Below are positions 10,905 through 23,496 of a stretch of DNA of 64,000 nucleotides, one piece after another. The notes below the pieces were generated by a model. That model made no database searches. It was not told the origin of the DNA and saw only the letters and a program-made list of their open reading frames with translations. A program made the position numbers and the translations under genes. Within the stretch, counting starts at the first letter, position 1; the number at the start of each line of letters is the position of its first letter. Source of the stretch: Heptranchias perlo. Lineage: Eukaryota. The stretch spans positions 8,928,001-8,992,000 of the forward strand of contig NW_027139453.1 of the NCBI RefSeq assembly GCF_035084215.1, in the 5' to 3' direction.

Positions 10905-11295
10905 TTACTTGAAGCTTCACTCTTAATAAGGAAAGGAGCGAGAACAGCAGCGGTGAGTCTTGTGAGGAGCCAACCCGCCCTTTTCAAATCATTCAGGAAA
11001 ACATGAAGCGAATAAGGAAGTGACGCTGGGTTGGACAGGCCCTCTTTCCCGGTTGAACCAATTAGAATCAATGTGGTTGCTAATGGCGAAATGGTATATT
11101 TTGTAGTTTACAATCAATTATGAAATTAACTACACCTAGATTTCCAATTTGACACATGTAGCGAGCGGCTATTGGACAACGCTGGCCTAAACCAAACCCG
11201 TTAGATAACGAGATGCAGGTCGTACAACAATATCAAGAAGTGATGCAGGTTTGGACTCGTCCCGCCCTCCGTCTCTGATTGACAGCCCAACCCCT
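10905..11295 (-). promoter_or_regulatory. Type-A V promoter block (repeated before V3-V9)
   Basis: Conserved GGGCGG, AGGAAGTGA (ETS-like), CCAAT and TGATTGACAG upstream of the type-A leaders. Confidence 0.55.
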
Positions 11296-11299
11296 CCCT

Positions 11300-12110
11300 G
11301 AGATGGTATGAACTGTGGAGAAGCAGCGAGATTGAGGGGTCCAGGAACAGAAATTGCGAAAACTCATGGACAGATACACAAAATAAGTGAAAAGGCCAAT
11401 AGAATGTTGGCCTTCATATCAAGGGGACTGGAATACAAAAGGGTGGTAGTTATAATGCGGTTTTAAACAGCCTTGGGCAGACTCCATCTGGAGTACTGCG
11501 TTCAAATCTAGGCCCCTGAGCTGAGAAGGATATATTGACCTTGGAAAGTGTGCACAGCTCATTGAAAAGAATGGTAGCGGGGCTTCGAGGGTTAAATTAT
11601 GAAGACAGTTGGCATACACTTGGCTTGTAATCCATGGAATATACAAGATTAAGGAGTGATTTATTTGAGTTGTTTAAGATGATTAAAGGATTAGATAGGG
11701 TAGTTAGAAAGAAACAATTTGGTGGCTGGGGATTCCAGAACAAGGGGTCACCTTAAACTTCGACCAAGTTCAGGGATGACGTCAGTAAGACTTCTTCACA
11801 GAAAGCGTAGTGGAAATCTGGAACTCTCTCCCACAAAATGTTGTGGACGCGGGATGTCAATTGGAGCTTCCAAGACTGAGATTGATAGATTTTTGTTGGG
11901 TGAGGGTGTCGAGGGATATGGAGCAAAGGCGGGTGAATGCAGTTGAGGTACAGATCAGCCATGAACAAATTGAATGGCGGAACACAGAGGAAGGAATTGA
12001 ATTGCCTTCTCCTGTTGCTTTTTAACAGGTTCGAGGGCTGAATGTCCTCTGGCCTGTGACTATGTGACAAGCACGAATGGCTGAACGGCCTCCACCTTTT
12101 CCAGTTCAAT
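11300..12110 (+). mobile_element. CR1 fragment co-duplicated with the V unit (also ~14200-15000, 17045-17850, 22290-23255)
   Basis: Same CR1 piece at the same position in each unit. Confidence 0.8.
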
Positions 12111-12354
12111 TCTGTTCACGGCGCTGCTGTGTTCCATGATCCTATAACGCCCTCTGCTGTCCTCTTGGTGAAAGGTGACACAGTGAATGGATGAAAATAT
12201 AAAAGTCTTTTTACTTTCTTTGAATCTGTATTTCTTCCTTCGTTCCTTTCTCTTTTCGCCCATCCGCCTGTATTTAACACTTGATTGGTAGGATCTCTAA
12301 TACTGCTCCAAACACAAAGGCCTCCATGTGACACCGAGCGCTCGCTTTATTTAC

Positions 12355-12440
12355 CCGCCAACAGGAACAGCGACAAAGTTCAAAAAAGACCATGAGGTCC
12401 AAACGCGTTCCCCCCACTTATTGCTGCACTGATCCCACAT
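12355..12440 (-). pseudogene. Orphan type-B leader, +1 frameshift
   Basis: 86 nt from ATG to G|GTAAAT. Confidence 0.6.
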
Positions 12441-13153
12441 CTACCTCCCTCACCCAGGAATCATTTCCCAAATTTCACAGATCATTCACACACTGTTTAT
12501 ATTCCTGCTCATCACTCTAAATACATCGAATGAACAGCACAGAAACACGCCATTCGGCCCAACAGGACTATGTTTGTGTTTAAGCTGCACACCAGACCCC
12601 TCCCACATTATTTCATCTCACCCTATCAGCATGTCCGTCGATTCCTTTCTTCCTCGTGTATTGACCTATCTTTTCCTTAAAGGCATCTTTGCTGTTCGCC
12701 TTAACTACTCCTTGTAGTGGCGAGATCCACATTCTCACCTCTCTTTGGGTAAAGAAGTTTCTCCTGAATTCCCGTTGGATTAATTAAAGGCTATTTTATA
12801 TTTTTGGTCCCTACTTCTGGGTTCCCCCACGAGTATAAACATGTTCCCTATATCTAACCTATCAGTCCCTTTCATAATTTTAATGAACTCTATCGGGTCA
12901 TCTCTCAGCCTTCGCTTCTCTAAAGAAAAGAGCCCCAGCCTGTTGATGCTTTTCTGATAGTTATACACTCTCAGTTCTCGTATCATGCCTGTAAATCTTT
13001 AGTGCACATTCTCCAGTGCCTCCATATCTAATCTCTCACTTCATTCAAGCTCGTCTCATCTTCTTGTCAAAAACACGTGCGCTCTGCAAAAAAAAACAAC
13101 AGGTCGAGGCGACGCGCGGTTTTGTGTCACACGCGTGTTACCTGCTAATTTGA

Positions 13154-13192
13154 GGTTTTTGTTGAACTCCTCGATCTCTCTGAGTCACTGTG
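13154..13192 (-). other. 23-RSS of V5 (consensus)
   Basis: CACAGTG-23-ACAAAAACC. Confidence 0.95.
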
Positions 13193-13766
13193 CAGACTCC
13201 AGGCGCAGTAATACACGGCCGAGTGATTCTCCCGCAGGCTGGAGGCCTTCAAGTTGAACTGGTGGTCATTTGGTCGCTTGGCGGCAAAACCGTCCACCTT
13301 CTCCTCTGGACTCACGATATTAGCACCTGTGGAGTAAAACATAAACTCTGGTTCCTTCCCCGCGTATTGCCTGTACCAATACATCCGAGGGATACTGGTG
13401 CCCTCCATCGTACACTTAAGTTCCACTCCCTCCACAGGAAATTTGGAGACAGCGACGGGCGTCTGGTTGATCGTCTGCGAGTTCGCATCTGGCAAAGAGA
13501 CGGGGAGAGGATGATATCATTAAATAGGAACATTCGGGGAAATTGGAAAAGGGAGAAAGAGAGAAACGTAGAAAGAGAGAAAGAGAGAAATAAAGATAGA
13601 TAGACTGAAGAAGAAAAGAGCGAAAGAGAGTAAGAAGGAAAGAGAGAAAGATAGAAAGAAAGAAGGAAAGGAAGATATAAATAAAATGTTATTAAATGTT
13701 ATTAACAAGAATAATGGAATGAAAACATAATTTACGGTTAATCAAGATGATCAGGCCCAGTAACAT
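13193..13766 (-). CDS. TRBV: TCR beta V gene V5, TRBV30-like (short leader 13736-13766, V exon 13193-13488)
   Basis: MLLGLIILIN|HANSQTINQ...CTMEGTSIPRMYWYRQ...YYCAWS; the usual ATG is GTG here, with a new ATG two codons later. Confidence 0.88.
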
Positions 13767-15254
13767 ATACACCTTTTACTTTAAGCTTCACTCTTAATAA
13801 GGAAAGGAGCGAGAACAGCAGCGATGAGTCTTGTGAGAAGCCAACCCGCCCCTTTCAAATCATTCAGGAAAATATGAAGAGAATCAGGAAGTAATGCAGG
13901 GTTGGACACGCCCCCTTTCCCGGTTCAAACAATTTGAACCAATGTGGTTGCTAATGGGGAAATTACATATTTTACATTTACAATCAGTTATGCAATTAAC
14001 CACATCTGGATTCCCAATTTGCCACATGTGGCTATCTGCTATTGGACAACGCTGGCCCAAACCAAGACCGTTGGATAACGAGATGCAGATCGTATAACAG
14101 TATCAGGAAGTGATGTAGTTTGGAAACGCCACGCCCTCCCTCTCTGATTGACAGTCCCGCCCCTCTCTCTCTGATTGACAGCCCCACCCCTCCCTGAGAA
14201 GGTAGGAACTGTGGAGGAGCAGCGCGATTGAGGGGTCCAGGAATAGAAATCACTTAAACTCATGGACAGATTCATAAAATAAGTGAAAAGGCCAATAGAA
14301 TGTTGGCCGTCATCTCAACGGGACTGGAATACAAAGGGGTGGTAGTTATACTGAAGTTTTAGACAGCCTTGGGCAGACTCCGTCTGGAGTGTTGCGTTCA
14401 GATCGGGGCAGCTGAGCTCAGGAGGATATACTGGCGTTGGAAAGGGTACACAGCTCTTTCAACAGAATGGTACCGGGGCTTCGTGGGTTAAATTATGAGG
14501 ACAGTTGGCATAAACTTGGCTTGCATTCCATGGAATATAGAGGATTAATAGGTGATATATTTGAGGTGATTAAGATGAATAAAGGATTTGATAACGTAGA
14601 TAGAAAGAAACCATTTCCTGTTTGGGGAGTCCAGAACAAGGAGTAACCTTAAACTTGGACGAAGGCGGTTCAGGGGTGAATCAGAAAGTCTTCTTCACAC
14701 AAAGGGTGGTGGAAATCTGGAACTCTCTCCCCCAAAAAGCTGTGGACGCGGGGTTTCAGTTAGAGCTTCCAAGACTGAGATTCATAGATCTTTTTGGGTG
14801 ACGGTATCGAGGGATATGGAGCAAAGGCGGTGAAATGTAGCTGATGTACAGATCAGCCATGAACTAATACAACGGTGCAACACAGTCGAGGGAATTGAAT
14901 TGCTTCCTCCTGTTCCTATGTAACAAGATCGACGGGCTGACTGTCCTCTGCCTCTGACTAGGTGACAAGCACGATTGACTGAACGGACTCCTCCTTTTCA
15001 AAATTCATTTATGTTCAAGGCGCTGCTGTGTTCCATGGTCCGAGACCGCCCTCTGCTGTCCTATTGGAGAAAGGTAAAACAGTGAATGGATGAAAATACA
15101 AAGGTCTTTTTACTTTCTTTGAATCAGTATTTTTTCCTTCCTCCTTTTCTCTTTTCGCCCATCCCGCCTTTATTTAACACTTGATTTGTAGCATCTCTAA
15201 CACTACTCAAGACCGATAGGCCTCTACGTAAAACTGGCCGCTCGCTTTGCTTAC

Positions 15255-15339
15255 CCGCAAACAGGAACAGTGACAAAGTGCAGTAAAGATCATGAGGTCC
15301 ATACGCGTTCCCACATTTATTCCAGCACTGATCCCACAT
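15255..15339 (-). CDS. Orphan type-B leader-like exon MWDQCWNKCGNAYGPHDLYCTLSLFLFA
   Basis: 85 nt open, phase-1 donor G|GTAAGC. Confidence 0.5.
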
Positions 15340-16053
15340 CTACCTGCCTCACCCAGGAATCATTCCCCAAATTTCACAAATCATTCCCATTCTGTTTGTA
15401 TTCCTGCTCATCACTCTAATTACATCGAATAAACAGCACAGAAACAGGCCATTCGGCCAAACAGGACTGTGCTTGTGTTCAAGCTGCACACGAGACTCCT
15501 CTCACATTATTTCAGCTCACCCTTTCAGCATGCCCGTCGATTCCTTTCTTCCTCATGTATTTACCTACCTTCTCCTTAAAGGCATCTTTGCTGTTCGCCT
15601 CAGCTACTCCATGTAGTGGCGAGATCCACATTCTAATCTCTTTTTGGGTAAAGAAGTTTTTCCTGAAAGCCCTTTGGATTAATTAATGATTATGTGATGA
15701 TTTTGGTCCCTACTTCTGGTCTCCCCCACATGTGGAAACAAGTTCGCTTCGACTACCCTATCAGTCCGTTTCATAATTTTAATGAACTTTATCAGGTCAT
15801 TTCTCAGCCTTCGCTTCTCTAAAGAAAAGAGCCCCAGACTATTCAAGCTTCCCTGATAGTTATAACCTCTCAGTTCTCGTATCATGCTTGTAAATCTTTA
15901 TCGCACCTTCTCCAGTGTGTCTAAATCTGATCTCTCACGTTTATTCTAACTCGTCTCATCTTCTTGTCAAAAACACGTTTGCTCTGCAAAAAAAACAACA
16001 GGTCGACGCAACGCGCGGCTTTGTGTCACACGTGTGTTTCCTGCCCACTTTGG

Positions 16054-16092
16054 AGTTTTTGTTCAACTGCTTCATCTCACTGAGTCACTGTG
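16054..16092 (-). other. 23-RSS of V6
   Basis: CACAGTG-23-ACAAAAACT. Confidence 0.95.
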
Positions 16093-16647
16093 CAGACTCC
16101 AGGCGCAGTAATACACGGCCGACTGATTCGCCCGAAGGTCGGAGGTCTTCAGGTTGAACTTGTCGCTATTGGGTCGCTTGGCGGTAAAACCGTCCACCTT
16201 CTCCTCTGGACTCACGAGATTGGTACCCGCGGAGTAAAACATGAACTCTGGCTCCTTCCCCGGGTATTGTCTGTACCAATACATGTAAGAGTTACTGGTG
16301 CCCTCCACCGTGCACTTCAGTTCTACTCCCTCCCCAGGGAATTTGGAGACAGCGACGGGCATCTGGCTGATCCTCCTCGAGTTCACGTCTGGGAAAGAGA
16401 CGGGGAGTGGAAGATATCATTAAATAGGGACATTCGCGGCAATGTGGAAAGGGAGAAAGAGAGAAACAGAGAAATGGAGAAAGATAAAAAGAGTGAAGGA
16501 GAGAATGAGCGAAAGGGAGAAAGAAGGAAAGAAAGAGGGAAAGATAGAACGATCGAAAACGTTAATAAATGTTATTAACAAGAATAATCGTTTGAAAAAA
16601 AAATATTTACGGTGAATCAAGATGATCAGGCCCAGGAACAGATTCAT
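16093..16647 (-). CDS. TRBV: TCR beta V gene V6, TRBV30-like (leader 16611-16647, V exon 16093-16388)
   Basis: MNLFLGLIILIH|HVNSRRISQ...CTVEGTSNSYMYWYRQ...YYCAWS. Confidence 0.9.
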
Positions 16648-18105
16648 CTTTTACTTTAAGCTTCACTCTTAATAAGGAAAGGAGCGAGAACAGCAGTGGT
16701 GAGTCTTGTGAGAAGCCAAAACGACCTTTTCAAATCATTCAGGAAAGCATGAAGAGACGAAGGAAGTCTGCAGGTTTGGAAACGCCCCCTTTCCCGATTC
16801 AACCAATTAGAATCAATGTTGTTGATTATGACGAAATTATATACTTTGTATTTATAATCAGTTATGCAATTAACCATATTTGGATTCCCAATTTGCCACG
16901 TGTGGCTAGCGGCAATTGGACAACGCTGGCCTAAACCAGCCCGTTAGATAACGAGATGCAGATCGTGCAACAGTATCAGGAAATGATGCAGGTTTGGACA
17001 CGCCCCGCCCTCGCTCTCTGATTGACAGTCCCGCCCCTCTCTGGGAAGCTATGAACTTTGGAGGAGCAGCGAGATTGAGGGGTCCAGGGATTGAAATCAC
17101 TAAAACTCATGGACAGATACATAAAATAAGTGAAAAGGCCAATAGAATGCTGGCCTTCATCTCAAGGGGACTGGAATACAAAGGAGTGGTAGTTTACTGC
17201 AGTTTTAGAGAGCCTTGGGCAGACTCCATCTGGAGTGTTGCGTTCAGTTCCGGGCCCCTGAGCTCAGAAGGATATATCGCCCTTGGAAAGGGTGCACAGC
17301 TCATTCAACAGAATGGTACCGGGGATTCGAGAGTTAAATTATGAGGACAGTTGGCATACGCTTGGCTTGTATTCCATGGAATATAGAAGATTAAGAGGCG
17401 CTCTAATTGAGGTGTTTAAGATGATTTAAGGATTTGATAGCGTAGATAGAAATAAACCATTTCCTGGCTGGGTAATCCAGAACAAGGGGTCACCTGAAAC
17501 TTAGACCAAGGCGGTTCAGCGGTGAAATCAGTAAGACTTCTTCACACAAAGAGTATTGGAAATCTGGAACTCTCTCCCCCAAAAAGTTGTGGACGGGGGT
17601 GTCAATTGGAGCTTCCAAGACTGAACTTGATAGATTTTTGTTGGGTGAGGGTGTCGAGGGATATGCGGCAAAGGAGCAGAAATGCAGCTGTGGTACAGAT
17701 CAGCCATGAACAAATTGAATGGCGGAACAGAGTGGAGGAAATTGAATGGCCTCCTCCTGTTCCTATTTTACGAGCTCGACGGACTGAATGTCCTCTGGCC
17801 TGTGACTATGTGACAAGCACGAATGGCTGAATGGCCTCCTCCTTTTCCAATTCAATTATGTTCAAGGCGCTGCTGTGTTTCATGGTCCTAGTCCGCGCTC
17901 TGCTGTCCACTTGGAGATAGGTAACACAGTGAATGGATGAAAAGACAAAAGTCTTTTCACTTTCTTTGAATCTGTATTTGTGCCTTCCTTCCTCCTTTTC
18001 TCTTTTCGGCCATCCCGCCTGTATTTAACACTTGAACTGTAGCATCTCTAATGCTGCTCCAGTCCCGAAGTCCTCTATGTAACACCGGACGCTCGCTTTA
18101 CTTAC

Positions 18106-18190
18106 CCGCCAACAGGAACAGCAACAAAGTGTTGAAAAGACCATGAGATCCAAACGCGTTCCAACATTTATTCCTGCAGTGATCCCACAT
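18106..18190 (-). CDS. Orphan type-B leader-like exon MWDHCRNKCWNAFGSHGLFNTLLLFLLA
   Basis: 85 nt open, consensus donor G|GTAAGT. Confidence 0.55.
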
Positions 18191-18885
18191 CTACCTCCCT
18201 CGTCTAGGAAACATTTCCCAAAATTCACAAATCGTTCCCACACTGTTTGTCTTCCTGCTCATTACTCTCATTTCATAGATTGAACAGCACTGTAAGAGGC
18301 CATTCGGCCCAACAGGACTATGCTTCTGTTTAAGCTGCACATTATTTCATCTCACCCTATAAGTATATCCTTCTATTCCTTTCTTTCTCATGTACTTACC
18401 TAACTTCCCTTTAAATGCATCTAAGCTGTTAGCCTCTACCAATCCTTGTAGTGGCGAATTCCACAGTCTCATCTCTATTTGAGTAAATAACTTTCTCCTG
18501 AAATCCCTTTGGATTAATTAATGACTATTTGATAATATTGGTCCCTACTTGGTCTCCCCGACAAGTGTAAACATGTTCCCTACGTATACCCTATCAGTCC
18601 CTTTCATAATTTTAATGAATTCTATCAGGTCATCTCTCAGCCTTCGCTTCTCGAAAGAAAGGAGCCCCAGCTTTTTCAAGCTTTCCTGATAGTTATAACC
18701 TCTCAGTTCTCGTTTCATGCTTGTAAATCTACATCGCACCTTCTCCAGTGCCTCTATTTCTAACCTCTCACATTTATTCCAACTCGGCTCATCTTCTTGT
18801 CAAAAACACACACGCTCTGCAAAAAAAACAACAGGTCGAGACCACGCGCGGCTTTGTGTCATACGCGTGTTTCCTGCCACTTTGG

Positions 18886-18924
18886 GGTTTTTGTTAAACT
18901 CCTCGATCTCTCTGAGTCACTGTG
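18886..18924 (-). other. 23-RSS of V7 (consensus)
   Basis: CACAGTG-23-ACAAAAACC. Confidence 0.95.
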
Positions 18925-19401
18925 CTGACTCCAGGCGCAGTAATACACGGCCGAGTGATTCGCCCGAAGGTTGGAGGTCTCCAAGTTGAACTTGTCGCCA
19001 TTCGTTCGCTTGGCGGTAAAATCGTCCAACTTCTCCTCTGGACTCACGTGATTGGTGCCTCTGGAGTAAAACATAAACTCTGGCTCCTTCCCCGGGTATT
19101 CTCTGTACCAATACATGTCAGGGTTACTGGTGCCCTCCACCGTGCACTTCAGTTCCACTCCTTCCCCAGGAAATCTGGAGACAGCGACGGGCGTCTGGTT
19201 GATCGTCTGCGAGTTCACGTCTGGCAAAGAGATGGGGAGAGGAGGAGATCATTAAATAGGAACATTCGGGGAAATGGGAAAAGGGAGAAAGGGAGAAAGA
19301 AAGAAAGAAAGAAAACGTTACTAAATGTTATTAACAAGTGTAATGGTTTTAAAAAATAATTTACGGTGAATCAAGATGATCAGGCGGAGTAACAGATTCA
19401 T
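18925..19401 (-). CDS. TRBV: TCR beta V gene V7, TRBV30-like (leader 19365-19401, V exon 18925-19220)
   Basis: MNLLLRLIILIH|HVNSQTINQ...CTVEGTSNPDMYWYRE...YYCAWS. Confidence 0.9.
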
Positions 19402-19849
19402 CTTTTACTTGAAGCTTCACTCTTGATAAGGAAAAGAGCGAGAACAGCAGTGGTGAGTCTTGTGAGGATCATTCTGGAAAATATGAAGAGAATAAGGAAG
19501 TGATGCAGGGTTGGGCACGCCCCCCTTTCCAGATTTAACCAATTAGAATCATTGTGTCTGCTGATGACGAAATTGCATGTTTTTTAATTACAATTATTTA
19601 TGCAATTAACCACATCTGTATTACCAATCTGCCACGTGTGGCTATTGGACAGCGCTGGGCTAAACTGAGCCCGCTGTATGCCGAAATAGGAACATAGGAA
19701 CAGGAGTAGGCCATTCAGCCACTTGTGCCCACTCTTCCATTTGATAAGATCATTGCTGATCTGTGATCTAACTCAATACACCTGTCTTCGGGCCATATAC
19801 CTTAATACCTCTGATTGCGGAAAAGCTATCTATCGCAGATTTATTTATT

Positions 19850-20655
19850 TATTTATTTTCGTTCATGGGATGTGGGCGTCGCTGGCGAGGCCGGCATTTA
19901 TTGCCCATCCCTAATGGCGCTTGAAAACGTGGTGGTGAGCCGCCTTCTTCAACAACTGCAGTCCGTGTGGTGACGGTTCTCCCACAGTGCTGTTAGGAAG
20001 GGAGTTCCAGGATTTTGACCCAGCGACGATGTAGGAACGGCGAATATTTCCAAGTCGGGATGGTATGTGACTTGGAGGGGAACGTGCAGGTGGTGTTGTT
20101 CGCATGTACCTGCTGCTCTTGTCCTTCTAGTTTGTAGAGGTCGCGTGTTTTGGAGGTGCTGTCGAAGAAGCCTTGGCGAGTTGCTGCAAAGCATCCTGTG
20201 GATGGTTCACACGGCAGCCACAGTGCGCCGGTGGTGAAGGGCGTGAATGTTTAGGGTGGTGGATGGGGTGCCAATCAAGCGGGCTGCTTTGTCCTGGATG
20301 GTGTCGAGCTTCTTGAGTGTTGGTGGAGTTGCACTCATCCAGGCAAGTGGAGAGTATTCCATCACACTCCTGACTTGTGCCTTGTAGATGGTGGAAAGGC
20401 TTTGGGGAGTCAGGAGGTGAGTCACTCGCCGCAGAATACCCAGCCTCTGACCTGCTCTTGCAGCCACTGTATTTATATGGCTGGTCCAGTTATGGTTTCT
20501 GGTCAATGGTGACCACCAGGATGTTGATGGTGGGGGATTCGGCGATGGTAATGCCGTTGAATGTCAAGGGGAGTTGGTGAGACTCTCTCTTGTTGGAGAT
20601 GATCATTGCCTGGCACTTGTCTGGTGCGAATGTTACTTGCCACTTATGAGTCCAA
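19850..20655 (-). mobile_element. Non-LTR LINE (second family) 3' fragment, nested in a CR1 (~19690-21130)
   Basis: WTSHINTVAARAGQRLGILRR..IYKAQVRSVMEY; tail gggatgggcaataaatgcc. Confidence 0.85.
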
Positions 20656-21596
20656 GCCTGGATTTAGCAATTGAGCTAGCATCAATTGCCGTTTGTGGAA
20701 GAGAGTTCCAAACTTCTACCACCCTTTGTTTGTAGAAATATTTTCTAATCTCGCTCCTGAAATGTCTGGCTCTAATTTTTAGACTGTGCCCCCTACTCCT
20801 GGAATCCTCTACCAGCGGAAATAGCTTCTCTCTATCGAGCCTATCTGTTGTCCTTAATATCTTATAAACTTCGAACAGTTCACCCCATAACCTTCGTAAA
20901 TCTAGAGAATACAACCCCAATTTGTGTAATCTCTCCTCGAAACTTACCCTTGATGTCCGGGTATCATTCTTATAAACCTACGCTGTACTCCCTCTAACGC
21001 CTTCCGAAGGTGCGGTGCCCAGAACTGCTCACAGTAATCCACGTGCGGTCTAACCAGTGTTTGTAAAGCTGCAGCATAACTTCTGCCCCCTTGTTCTCCA
21101 GTCCTCTAGATATAAAGGCCAGCATTCCAGTCCCCTTATTCATTATTTGATGCACCACAGATGGTACAATAATATCTGTGTCACAAGGGGCTGCTCACCT
21201 GTTCCAACGCATGATTGGGCTCATTATTGGGCCTATGACGATGAGGAGGGTTTAAAGTCTTGATTATGGAACTTGCAAACGGCCCCACTTCATTCAGGCT
21301 GCAGTTAACCCGTTGCATTTCAGAGATGCCAATCGATGAGTTGGAAGACGAATGGCCACTGATATAGAGCTATAAGGAAGAGGGAGTAATTTCCTGGGTG
21401 TGCTTAACGGCACTTTGCTTTGACTTTTATTCGAATCCAACAAAACAATCTGAGGACCTTGGACCTAACAGCCAGAGATGCATCAAATCTCAGCACTGAG
21501 CCAAACGGTATCAGTGGGTCAATACCGCCACCTGGCGGCGGAAGGGCTGACCTCCATCACTTGGCCAAACGCGCCACATGCTGAGTTCCAAGTTGG

Positions 21597-22097
21597 GGTT
21601 CTTCTCACAGAGCCCCACTGTCTGCGTCTCGCTGTGAGCGCTGCAGGCGCAGTAATACATCAATCGCGGTTCTTTCAACGGGTGTTGTCAGTACCAGTAC
21701 ATGTAAGGGCTACTGGATCCCTCCACGCTGCAATTCAGTTCCACTCCCTCCCCAGGAAATTTGGAGACAGCGTCGAGGAATCCAGACGATCCTCTGTGAG
21801 TTCACATCTGGCAAATAGATGGGGAGAGGAGGAGGTCAGCAAGCAGGATCATTCATGGGCGAATGGGAATGGGAGATCGAGAGAAAGAGAGAAAACAAGA
21901 ACGAAAGAAACAAAGAAGGAAAGAAATACAGAAGGAAGGAAGGACGGAAAAAGGCAGACAGAAAGAAGGAAAGGAATGAACAGAAAGAGAGAAGGAAAGA
22001 AGGAAATATTACATAAAGAAATATTAGTATCAAGAATTATTGTTTGAAAAGATTTCTTGCAGTGAAATAAGATAATTAGAACCAGTAAAAGGGACAT
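21597..22097 (-). pseudogene. TRBV: TCR beta V pseudogene V8 (leader 22061-22097, exon 21637-21807, degenerate RSS 21597-21636)
   Basis: FR1 frameshift, WY* stop, internal deletion, GC donor, ends CACSA, CACAGCG-24-AGAAGAACC. Confidence 0.85.
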
Positions 22098-23496
22098 CTT
22101 TTACTTGGAGCTTTTCTCTTAATAAGGAAAGGAAGGAGAACAGTGGCGTTGAGTCTTGTGAGGAGCCAACCCGACCTTTGCAAATCATTCAGGAAAACAT
22201 GAGGAGGATAAGTAAGTGATACATGTTTGGAGACGCCCCCACTTCCCTCTCCGATTGACAATAAATGGCAGAAGGAATTCGCTAAGAAGACATAGACAGG
22301 TTAAGTGAGTTGTCAAAACTATGGCAGATTGAGTTCAATACGGCAAAGTGTGAGGTCATTCATTTTGGACCTAAGAAACCTAAATCGGCTAGTATTTCCT
22401 AAATGGTGTGTATCTCGCAACTTTGGAGGAACAGAGAGATTTGGGGGATCCATGTACAGAAATCATTAAAATTCGTGGACAGATACAAAAAATAAGTGAA
22501 AAAGTCAATGGAATGTTGGCCTTTTCCTCAGGGGGATTGGAATACAAAGGGGTGGAAGTTATGCTCCAGTTGTATTGAGAGCACTGGTTGGACCCCATCT
22601 GGAGAACTGTGTTCAGTTTCGGGCACCGCACCTCAGACTGATATATTGGCCTTGCAGAGGGCGCAGGGCAAATTGTCTGCAATAATGCCAGGGTTAGATG
22701 GCTAAGTTATGAGGACCAGTTGCGTAAATTTGGCTTGTATTCTCTGCAATATAGAAGATTCAGGGGTGATCTAATTGAGGTGTTGAAGATGATTAAAGGA
22801 TTTGATTGGATAGATAGAAAAAAAAAACATGCCCTCTGGTTTGGGAGTCCAGCACAAGGGTACAGAACCTTAAACTTAAACCAAGGCCGTTCAGGTGTGA
22901 TGCCAGTAAGACTTCTTCACACAAAGGATAGTGGAAATCTATAACTCTCTCCCGCAAAATCATGTGGATGCTGATGGGCAATTGGAGCTTTGAAGACTGA
23001 GATTGATAGATTTTTGTTGGGTATGGGGATGGAGGGATACGGAGCAAAGGCGGTAAATGGAGTTCAGCTACAGATCATCCATGAAATAATCGAATGTCGG
23101 AACAGAGCCTGTGGAATGAATGTCATCCAACTCTTTATATTTAACAGGATCGAGGTTCTGAATGGCCTCTTTCTGTAGCCGTGTACAAGAATCGAAGGTC
23201 TGAATTATCCCGGCTTGTTCCTACGTAACAGGCTCGAGGGGCTGAATGGCCTATATGTTCAGGGCACTGCATTGTTTCATGATCCTAGAGCGCCCTCTAT
23301 TGTCCTCATGCAGAAAGGAAACACAGTGTCAGTGGATAAAAAGGCAACAGTCATTATACATTGTTTCTTTCCATCTTTCTTCCTCTCTTTCTCTTTTCGC
23401 CCATCCCGCCTGTATTTAAAACTTGATTTGAAGGATCTCTAATACTGCAACATACGCAAAGGCCTCTATGTGACACCGGGCGCTCGCTTTACTTAC

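Noticed and set aside
13110-13140. Second RSS downstream of the V RSS (ACAAAACC-like)
   Set aside because: No CAC heptamer at 12 or 23 nt spacing
10402-19359. Recurrent plus-strand ORFs starting MQTPGAVIHG
   Set aside because: Antisense shadows of V exons starting at GTG within the RSS heptamer
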